Source of the DNA: Macrostomum lignano
Taxonomy: Eukaryota
Direction of reading: 5' to 3'
Assembly: GCA_002269645.1 (NCBI GenBank)
Contig: NIVC01000283.1
Coordinates: forward strand, 620,001-684,000
Length of the DNA stretch: 64,000 bases
The notes below the pieces were generated by a model that was given only the letters and a program-made list of their open reading frames with translations, was not told the DNA's origin and made no database searches. Shown here piece by piece: positions 8,620 to 18,533 of this stretch (position 1 is its first letter; each line of letters begins with the position of its first letter). A program made the translations under genes and the position numbers.

Positions 8620-11600
8620 CAGTGGCGGATCCAGGGGGGGGGGGGGGCGGGGGGGGCGGCCGCCCCCCCACTTTCGCCGTGGCTGGACTTGCATGGAAGG
8701 GAGATATTTTAATTTTGGGCTCCTCAACCCACAAAGTCCAAGTTCTTCATTATATTTCCATTGCTTCTATGGTCTGTCTGCTTTTCCTTGGAATGGAATT
8801 GCATCCCATGGAACATTGTCGGTTCGGTTTTATTTATTTCTAGCCAAACCATTGGCAAGAGAGAAGCTAAGTTAAGTTATGATAGTAAGAGTAGGGTGAG
8901 AGCACAGACCAAGAAAAGAAATATAACTAGACTGCGCATCCCGCATTTCTTGCTTGGGCTTGTTTTTGACCAAATGACAGTGGAAAAAAAGAGACCCCGA
9001 CAAGCTGAGTTGGCTGAGGGTAAGAAGAAAGGCCCGGGCACAATTATCGATCGTGGGGGAGTGGGCGCTGGGGTGCCACTTTTCCTACTAGGAAAAAGGC
9101 ACAACTTTTTTTACCCTCATGCGCAGTCTAGTTATATTTCTTGGTCTGTGGGTGAGAGAGACACTGAGACTCTGAGAGAGACTTGGGGTGGGGGAATGGA
9201 ATGAAAAGGGGTTGAAAGGCTTTTCCTCCCCCATTTTGGGGTTCAGACTTGAGAGCAATGTACATTGCGTCAATGCGTCTTGCGAAAACCAGCGAAAGCT
9301 TAACAGCCTGCTACAAAGGACAAATAGTTTGAGCCAGTCCCGGCTATCTGTCTACACTCAACACCAATTGAACTTGAAGTCCGTAAAATCCATTTGGCAA
9401 GTCTTAACATATGATGCACAAATTCACAATCACGAAGAATGAAGCGAGCATCTTCTCCATTAGAGCGTGACGCAAAGCGACAAAAATTGCTAACGCACTT
9501 TTTTGTTACACCACCTGGTCCTGCCACTGCTGCTGCAAAGTTATCTGCTGCTTCTACTGCTGCTGAGATCCGATTCATTTCTTCTTCTGCTGCTCCTGCT
9601 GCTGCTGCCACTGCTGAGAGACCTAGTTCTTCTGCTGTTGCTGTTTCGGAACAATTTGCTACAACTTGTACTCGTAATTCAGACGAAGCTGAAGCCGGCA
9701 CCTCTGAATGCGATGCCGAGTTCAATGGAGATACCAGAGAAGCCAATGAAGTACAAGTGAGCAAGTTGTCTGACTTTGACATAGGTCTATTCGATCCTGC
9801 TGCTGACAGTGCCACTAAGATAGCCTTCCTGACGCAAACGTGGGAGCCCCCAGTTCCTACCCAATGCCATTTGAAGAGCGAAAGACAAAGGGCAAAATAG
9901 AAAAGAGATTCCTGAGGCACAGTCATCTAGCCGACAAACCCTGGTTAGCATACTCACATGTAAAGAGTGGCTTGTTCTGCAAAGTTTGTGTGCTATTTGG
10001 TACTCAGCAAGGGCAACAAGGTCACCAATTGGGAAGACTAGTTCATGAGCCGTTGCAAAAGTACGCAAGACTCTTGGGAGCAGATGGCTATCTCTGCGCT
10101 CACGAGCATACCAACTACCACAAAGACAATGTACTGAGAGCACAGGAGTTCAAGCGAATGGTGCCAGAACAGCACATTGACAGTCGATTGGCAACACAGA
10201 GGCAGGAGCAGATTGCAAAGAACAGGCATATCCTCAGCTCCATTGTGCGTGCCATCCTAGTCTGTGGAAGGAGTGGCTCTGCTCTCAGGGGACACCGAGA
10301 CGATCATGGTGTGCTAGAGACTGCCGACCGACCTGGCCAGAATGATGGTCTCTTTCGAGAGATCCTGCGAGCAATGGTGGACACAGGAGACAAGAGGCTA
10401 GAGGAGCATCTGCGCTCTGGACCCGGCAACGCTAAGTACACCAGCAAGACGATTCAGAATGAGCTGATCGAGTGCATTGGAGAAGTGATTCTGGACCGCC
10501 TGAAGGAGCGGATAAACAATGCACAGTTTGTGTCCATCCTGGCTGATGAAACAACAGACCAGGCCACAAAGGAGCAGCTGACAGTATGTGTTCGCTATGT
10601 GTTTGATGGAGCAATTTGTGAAGACTTTCTGGGATTCACCATTGCAGAGGACATGACTGGAGCGGGACTTGCGAGGAACATTCTGTCCCAGTTCGTCACT
10701 CTCGGCATTCTCTTGGAAGGGCGGCTGGTGGGATTGGGATTTGATTGTGCCAGTGCGATGAGCGGCAAGTTCAAGGGAGCTCAAGCAATAATCAGAGAAG
10801 AGCACCCCATCGCCATCTACATTCATTGTGCTGCGCATCAACTCAATCTGGTCATCAGCAAGAGCAGCGAAGTCCCTGGCATCAGAAATACGTGGGGAAA
10901 CATCCAAGAGCTGGCGAAGTTCTTCAACAGTTCTGCTCAGAGAGTGAAGTGTCTGGAGGACATAGTGAAGTCACAGAACCATCAGGCCAATACCCGTCGA
11001 GTGAAGAACCTATGCGACACTCGCTGGATTGAAAGACACGATGCGGTTCTAACAACAAGACATCTACTGATACCAATCGTGCAAGCTCTTGAAGAAGTTC
11101 GCGAGCATTCCAACCCAGAAGCATCCAGAAATGCAAAAGCTCTGCTTAATTCGATGGACGCAGAGTTTCTGGTATCAATCGTGGTTCTGGATGTAACTTT
11201 GACTCTCACCAAGGGATTGGCAGAAGCTCTCCAGAAGTGTGCAATAGATTTGCTAAGCGCCAGGTTTCTAATTGCGGATGTGCAAGAGCAACTGCAGAAG
11301 TGGCGGGAAGAGTCTGCAGAGAAGTTCAGTGAGCTCTGGGAGAAGATTCTAGAGACTGCAGAGGCAATTGAAATCGACTTGACTCCTCCTAGGCGAGTTG
11401 CGCGTCAAACGAATCGTGCCAATCTTCCTACTACTGATCCCAAGGACTACTGGCGTTTGACAATCTTTGTTCCCTTCTTGGATGGACTACTGGTCAACCT
11501 GCAAGACCGATTTGCACGCCTTTCTGACGTTGCTTCTGGACTCAGTGCCCTTATCCCAGCAACAGCCAAGAAGCATGCAAATCCATTCATTCAGCTCAAG

Positions 11601-12440
11601 CCATCAATGCAGCACTTTGCTTCAGTTCTGCCAAGCCAGGAGCAAGAGGAGGTTGAAGCAGAATTTAACCAGTGGATGCGACTCTGGCAAAGGGAGGATC
11701 CACAGAAATGGCCCACAACTTTGACTAAGACAATCTTGGAGTGCGACCATAGCCTGTTTCCCAACATCAGCACTCTCTTGAACATTTACGCAACGCTGCC
11801 TGTCTCCACTGCCACTGGAGAAAGATCCTTCTCTTCGCTGAAGTTCCTAAAGAATTACTTGCGCAGCACCATGGGAGAAGAGCGGCTGAATGGACTGGCA
11901 TTGGCCTTCATCCACAAGGACATGATTTGTAATACTGCAAGTACAATATATGCAACTGTGGAGAAGTTTCTGTCAAAGGATGTCAATCGCCGTGCCTGCT
12001 TCAATTAAGTGATTCCAATTCGTTAATTCCAATTTCCATTCTTCTACGCTCTATTTGCTACTAACAATTGCTTATTCGCGTCTCACTGCAACACGTACAT
12101 TCTATTCAAATTTCAAATTAAAATATTATAGTGTTGGTCTTCTCACATTGTCATTGACTTTCTTTTAAATGAAGCCTTGATAACTCACTAAATATAATTG
12201 TCAATATTGGCCAAAATGGGTTAGTTCTTCCCGAGACCCGAGCCAACTTCTACTACTACCCTCATTTGTCAGAGTCATTTGCACCACTCTAGGCATTAAA
12301 ATGTATGCAAAAATTGATATATCCTCTCAAGATCTTGTATTGAGCATAGATGAAAGATAGATGGATTGGGATTACTTAGTTTCTAGTTTCTGTACTCGCA
12401 TATCCGCCACCCCACTTAAGAAATCCTGGATCCGCCACTG
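8620..12440 (+). mobile_element. Full-length hAT DNA transposon, 3821 bp
   Basis: Perfect 16-bp TIRs CAGTGGCGGATCCAGG (8620-8635 and 12425-12440) and a perfect 8-bp TSD AGTGGCAT (8612-8619 and 12441-12448). Confidence 0.97.
9439..12008 (+). CDS. hAT transposase (ZMYM1/PRKRIR-like: TTF zinc finger, DUF4371, hATC dimerisation) with one frameshift near 9847-9851
   Basis: WLAYS..GLFCKVC (TTF zinc finger), SILADETTD, GFDCASAM, IHCAAHQLNL, CDTRWIERH, LPVSTATGERSFSSLK. ORF 9439-9900 and ORF 9840-12008 join as WEPPSSYPMPF if one C is added. Confidence 0.93.
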
Positions 12441-14354
12441 AGTGGCATTGTCCTGGTGGTCCTGTCAATTGGAAATTGCGTGAGCAGTCTGTAAGTACAC
12501 TCCACACCTTTCTTTAGTATAAGTATAAAAATTTTTATATTATAATTATATATTAAATATTATAATTATATATTAATATTATATTATATTAAAAAATATT
12601 ATACCATGGTAGACTTCAATTTAAATATTCAATGTATTTAAATTATAAGTATTCAACTTCGCCCATCAAAACTTATAAACTATACAAACTATATATACAA
12701 TTGATACTGCACAGGATATCGAGACCGATATTTCCAGCCTTGCCGGTGCTCTGCATTGCAGCCTCATCTCACATATCAAACGCGGTCTAAATGAGCACCA
12801 GGTTGACTGCTTAGTTCTAGATGCCACTAACGTCATTAGCATCTTGGTGTCCGAGTCGGCCAACAAAGTCAGCCTCAAAGTTGAGGAGCTGACATTGTCC
12901 GCTTCGTCCTTCCGACTGGTCAAACAGGCCTTGCAGTTTAAGCACCTGCAGAACTTGGACAAGCATCTGTCTCGACTCTACGTTGCTTTGTACATGAATG
13001 CCATTCACAAGACATTGCTATCTGGCGATGGCCGCGAGGGCTAGTTAAACCCAGCTATCAGTGGCGAGATTGTCAGTCTAAAGCGCGCCCCATCGCAACG
13101 TCTAGCAGATCTGGCTCTGCACTTGGCAGTTGAAATGCAAGATGGCAATCGTTTTGTCACCACAGTAGATGAATGTGGCATCTACCGGTCATTTTATAAT
13201 GACCCACGCATCTTCAATCTGGCTAGGCAGAAAGCTTGCGCACTGCTGGACTTCGCACTGTGTTGTGGTGGTTCTGGTAAATTTTCTTTTATTTTATACA
13301 TTTTTTCTATATCCAATAACAGAAATTCAATTTTATCTAACCTTTTAAAAGCCATAGTGGAGTCATTTTACTTTACTATGTGTTCCCAGCAGCAGCAGGG
13401 CAGTCAGAGCAACAACACACTTTAGCTTAGGACAAAGCTGCAGTGGATGCTGCCACCTTTAGGAAGCCAATCGCGTGAGCACTTCCTAGACAAGTGCGTG
13501 TAGCTTTACTACAGCGGTGACGCTGACAGGCGGCTGCGCAAACATCGTACGCCATTTTTTGTCGATGCGCAGGCAACACACTACAATGTCAGCAAGGCCA
13601 TGGACAAGCGGAAGCAAGGGCTCTCCCGCTATCCATACATCGGCAGCTTTTGACGGGCTTGACACTTGTTTTTTCTCAATGCATTTTTTTGGCGTGCAAA
13701 ACTATTTTTTTTTGCATGCACTATGGCCTAGAAATTTTTTTCGGGCGTGCAGCCAGCACAATCCGGACTATGGGTGGATGGCGATGGTTTAGCGTGCCAT
13801 CGTACATTGCATTTAAAAAGAGATCAAATGTGTGTTTTATGTATCTGTATTTACAATTATAAATATTAATCAATTATATAATGGACTTTGAATGACTAAA
13901 ACAGAATTTTCTGTTCTGTTAATCTGTAAAAAAATTTTAAGTTTTGTAAATTAGACTGTAAATAATATAAATAAATAAATTATTCTGTTTAATATTGCTT
14001 TTTGGTAAATACAAAAATGGAAGCAAGTTTGTCTCTTTAAAGTGAAAAATATGTTGTCTTTTTTATACAAAGGGCATCGGATACCATTTTTTCTGACCCG
14101 AGAGCTACGCAATACAATGTCAGCAAAGTAATTGACAATTGGCTACATTCTCTATCACGCTGCCCCTTCATTGGCAATTTTGGTGTGCAATTTCAAAAAA
14201 CTCTGCATCCTTGGCGTGCAAACAATTTTTTCACAATTTGGCATGCAGCCAACATTATCTGGATGGCATACATTTCATTAGACACAATGAAAAAATATTT
14301 TTTATGATAAATTGCATTTGCAATCCCAGGATTTCTTATTCTATTGATGAAAAA

Positions 14355-14416
14355 TCCTAGGACTGAAATCCTGGCTTTAGAGGCCAAATCCTAGGATCCC
14401 GAGATTGGAATCTCTA
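14355..14416 (-). mobile_element. hAT-type right terminal repeat (TAGAGATTCCAATCTCGGGATCC...), possibly the end of the outer hAT
   Basis: Its reverse complement resembles the TAGGGATTGCAATCCCGGGATCCC end at 33047, and it lies downstream of the outer transposase. No matching left end or TSD was found. Confidence 0.4.
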
Positions 14417-15779
14417 GCTGTCAATCATTCCACTGACTTTATCTGTGAATTACCTAAATTCATTAGTTGTATTCGAGAATACAACTCTTAATATAATGTA
14501 AGCATTATAAAACGTTTAGCTGCATCTGCAATCGCCACTTACCTAATGATTTGCTCTAGTAGCTGTACTAGGGACCTGTGTATATGAGACAAAGTCTGTT
14601 TCGTTGCTGCCGTGCGCAAGAAGCTTTTAAAATGTATATAACTTCTTTTCTAGACGACCAGAGCTTCCCTCTCTCGTCTCCTTCGCCCTCCCTCAGCCTC
14701 GGTTGGGTGAGTGAAAAGTTGAAAGCCCCCCTCCCACCCAAGTGTACACTGGGCTAAGTACACTCCCGCCCTCCGCGCTCTTCTGTGTCTCTTAAAAAAT
14801 CGATAGACAAAGCCCAGACGCCCGCCTTTCCAGTCACCCGACGACAACCGGCTAGCCGGGCCAAAAGCTTACAAAATCATCGGGCTAACCGGCAGGAAAG
14901 CGCGCTCTCGAGCTCTCGCTTTTCCCGGCTAGACGGGCCCAAAGCGCGCTCCCATACAATCAAATGGGAGTGTATCAATTGAAAGCTTTCACGGGTGTTT
15001 AATAACAATTTGCAGTAGAAAAATCGACGTTTGTTAATATTAATTCGCTTGCATGTAATTTGAAAACAAAATTTACAGGAATGAGCTAAGGTTCCTGTGT
15101 TCAACGTTCAACAAAAGCTTTTAAGGCATATTTGTTGTGCTACTGTGCATTGCTGTGCTGGCCTATGCACTAGACTGAACAAGTGAAGGCTTCGTGTACA
15201 AGATAAATGAAAGGAGCTTTTCTTAAATTTCTTGTGCATTATTATGTGATTGCTTGAGTAATTTTTTTCTATAGTTTTAAAGCCTGTCACGTGTCAGTTA
15301 ATTAATAATACAGGCATTTGAAATATAAATGTAGGTCTAATATTATGAGAAGTAACTTATAAGCTGCTTTTATTCAATTATAAAAAGGCTTCAATTCAAT
15401 TAAATTCTATTATTTAGCTATAGCCCTGTGTGTACGAAAGCCTATTGAGCACTAAGCCTAGGCCTAGCTTATTGACTTGGCCTTAATGAATAGATTTAGC
15501 TAACTTACTAGCAATCTAGTGCGGCCCCCCTTCGGGGCGCCCAATAAGAAAGGAGCAAAAATAGTTCATGGAAAACAATAAAAAAACACATTTTCTTAAA
15601 CATTAATTCCTTCTTCACATTTTAAAAATCACCTTATTCGTGTAAAATTGTCACAGACTAAGATGTTTGCAAAATTAAAAAATCACTTTTTCTCTAAAAT
15701 TAACAAACAGTCAACAAAATATCGTTTCACTAAATAGAAAATATTCCCAAGACAGCAAGCAACCCCCTCCAAAAGTGAA

Positions 15780-16170
15780 CAATCGCAGATAGCAAGCATC
15801 CTCTAATGCTCATAGCAAGAATCACCACAGATAGCAAGCATCTGCAGATTAGCAAGCACCCCCCAGATATTATAGAAGCATCCACCCAGATAGCAAGCAT
15901 CCACTCAGATAGCAAGCAATCATGCAGATATCAAGCACCCCCAGATATTATAGAAGCATCCTGCAGATAGCAAGCACCCCCCAGATATTATAGAAGCATC
16001 CACCCAGATAGCAAGCATCCTGCAGATAGCAAGAATCCCTAAATAGCAAGCATCCTGCAGATAGCAAGAATCCCTGAATAGCAAGCATCCCTGGATAGAA
16101 AGAATCCCATGCATGTAGGCAGTACCCCCTCTCCCAAATAGCAAGTATCCCCCTCGAGAGCAAGCATCCA
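15780..16170. repeat. Degenerate ~15-18-bp tandem repeat (cagatagcaagcatcc)
   Basis: Visible periodicity inside H1. Confidence 0.85.
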
Positions 16171-16289
16171 CGAGACAGCAAGTAGCTAGTGCAAATGTTA
16201 CTTCCGCTAATGCAATAATCGCTTTCTCAGGTTGTGCAACAATCCACGTCTCAGCGAGCGCAATAATCTCTTTTTTAGACAGCGCAGTA

Positions 16290-17850
16290 ATCAGCTTCTC
16301 AGCTAGTGCAATAATCCTTGGTTTATTAATAGCAATAATCCTTGATTAATCAAGTGCAATAATCCTTGGTTTATCAAGTGCAATAATCCTTGGTTTATCA
16401 AGTGCAGTAATCTTTGGCTTATCAAGTGCAATAATCCTTGGTTTATCAAGTGCAATAATCCTTTGTTTATCAAGTGCAATAATCCTTGGTTTATCAAGTG
16501 CAATAATCCTTGGTTTATTAAGTGCAATAATCCTTGGTTTATCAAGTGCAATAATCCTTGGTTTATCTAGCGCAGTAATCCTTGGCTTATCAGGTGCAAT
16601 AATCCTTGGTTTATCAAGTGCAATATTTGTTTATCAAGTGCAATAATCCTTGGTTTATCAAGTGAAATAATCCTTGGTTTATCAAGTGCAATAATCCTTG
16701 GTTTATCAAGTGCAATAATCCTTGGCTTATCAACTGCAATAATCCTTGGTTTATCAAGCGCAGTAATCTTTGGCCTATCAAGTGCAATAATCCTTGGTTT
16801 ATCAAGTGCAGTAATCCTTGGCCTATCAAGTGCAATAATCCTTGGTTTATCAAGTGCAATAATCCTTGGTTTATCAAGTGCAATAATCCTTGGTTTATCA
16901 AGTGCAATAATCCTTGGCTTATCAACTGCAATAATCCTTGGTTTATCAAGTGCAATAGTCCTTGGTTTATCAAGCGCAGTAATCCTTGGCCTATCAAGTG
17001 CAATAATCCTTGGCTTATCAAGTGCAATAATCCTTGGTTTATCAAGTGCAATAATCCTTGGTTTATCAAGTGCAGTAATCCTTGGCCTATCAAGTGCAAT
17101 AATCCTTGGTTTGCCAAGAGCAATAATCCTTAGTTTATCGAGTGCAGTAATCCTTAGTTTTCCAAGTGCAGTAATCCTTGGTTTATTAAGAGCAATAATC
17201 CTTGGCTTATCGAGTGCAGTAATCCTTGGTTTGCCAAGAGCAATAATCCTTGGTTTATCAAGTGCAATAATCCTTGGTTTATCAAGTGCAGTAATCCTTG
17301 GCCTATCAAGTGCAATATTCCTTGGTTTATCAAGTGCAATAGTCCTTGGTTTATCGAGTGCAGTAATCCTTGGTTTTCCAAGTGCAATAATCCTTGGCTT
17401 CTTGAGTGCAGTAATCCTTGGTTTGCCAAGAGCAATAGTCCTTGGTTTATCGAGTGCAGTAATCCTTGGTTTTCCAAGTGCAGTAATCCTTGGTTTATTA
17501 ATAGCAATAATCCTTGGCTTCTTGAGTGCAGTAATCCTTGGTTTGCCAAGAGCAATAGTCCTTGGTTTATCGAGTGCATTAATCCTTGGTTTTCCAAGTG
17601 CAATAATTCTTGGCTTCTTGAGTGCAGTAATCCTTGGTTTGCCAAGAGCAATAGTCCTTGGTTTATCGAGTGCAGTAATCCTTGGTTTTCCAAGTGCCGT
17701 AATCCTTGGTTTATTAATAGCAATAATCCTTGATTAATCAAGTGCAGTAATCTTTGGTTTGCCAAGAGCAATAGTCCTTGGTTTATCGAGTGCAGTAGTC
17801 CTTGGTTTATTAATAGCAATAATCCTTGGCTTATCGAGTGCAGTAATCTA
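16290..17850. repeat. 24-bp minisatellite (atccttggtttatcaagtgcaata)n, about 65 units
   Basis: 8-aa periodicity (LLHLINQG) in the ORF track; direct inspection. Confidence 0.97.
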
Positions 17851-17920
17851 AGTGTTTTTATTTAGTCCTTTAATAAAACCTTTTAATAAAAAATTTTACA
17901 CTACTACTTTTAAACTACTT

Positions 17921-17974
17921 AGATTCGAACCTAGGTCGCTGCATTAGCAGTCTGGTCTGTTCAGCTCTAGGCTA
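17921..17974 (-). other. tRNA-derived (SINE head-like) fragment
   Basis: The minus strand reads tagcctagagctg...gactgctaatgc...ggttcgaatc, with an A-box-like start, a Ser(GCT)-like anticodon loop and a B box. There is no acceptor stem. Confidence 0.4.
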
Positions 17975-18533
17975 GCTCTCATCGAAGTTATCAGTGATGT
18001 TGTACCACTTATATAATTCAACACTCACACCAAGTCAGGTAGAGTAAAAAGTCTCACGAAGCAGTTATGACATAATCAATTTCTTAGGCAAGTCAGTACC
18101 AGTGTCTATGAAAGTTTACAATATGGTTACGTAATATAAATTCAGTACTGCGCTATGCTTTCACACTCAAAGCTGTGACGCAATTCAATTGAGTGTCAAA
18201 TTCAGCCAGTACACAGACGATAAATAAAGTGTATTGTGATGCAATCTATTTCAGAATCAGAATTCAACCAGTCAGTTTTTCTGCTAGCATTCTTACGATG
18301 CATTTCAAGTCGAAAGAGCTGCTTGACCTTTGCAAAAAAGCATGTTTTTCGAATATTTAATCCCTTTAGCATCAAGCAATTTCTTAGCCACGATGCATGT
18401 ACTGTCACGGGAAAATTTCTGATCGAACAGTGCAAGTTCGAAGAAAATCGGTTGAGCCGTTTTTGCTAAAATCGATCACACACACACACATACACACACA
18501 CACATACCGACAGACCATTTTTAGTATATTGGA

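Larger units (their letters stand above)
7000..13653 (+). pseudogene. Intron-containing hAT-like transposase pseudogene (outer element), interrupted by a younger hAT
   Basis: Spliced fragments give ADIGSI*HGA|DFGRELW...LRRPLPSTGRPPSFCISCDKSTPG|RITNQAV...GIAADGQY...WDGPHLVSLAF...QRFFSS...GGS|EAIVES...YNVSKAMDKRKQGLSRYPYIGSF*. Several stops and frameshifts. Confidence 0.75.
15508..18533 (-). mobile_element. Non-autonomous Helitron-like (Lep1/DINE-like) element H1, 3026 bp, carrying two satellites
   Basis: The minus strand starts TCCAATATAC and ends CTAG|T with a GC hairpin (gcccc-ccttc-ggggc, ~15524-15538) just inside. It has a (CA)n tract and a gaaaatcggttgagccgttt motif near the other end. 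It is precisely absent from the duplicate copies at 29801/31783. Confidence 0.65.

Noticed and set aside
9300-11785. Antisense and alternate-frame ORFs overlapping the hAT transposase
   Set aside because: They are shadow ORFs of a GC-rich coding sequence with no recognisable motifs.
16303-17819. Long ORFs with LLHLINQG / AIILGLSS periodicity (LRR-like)
   Set aside because: These are translations of a 24-bp satellite that is open on both strands.
16290-17850. CRISPR-like appearance of this and other regular arrays
   Set aside because: Units are contiguous with no unique spacers, no cas genes are present, and the context is eukaryotic.
17921-17974. Functional tRNA-Ser gene
   Set aside because: There is no acceptor stem or variable arm; kept only as a tRNA-derived fragment.
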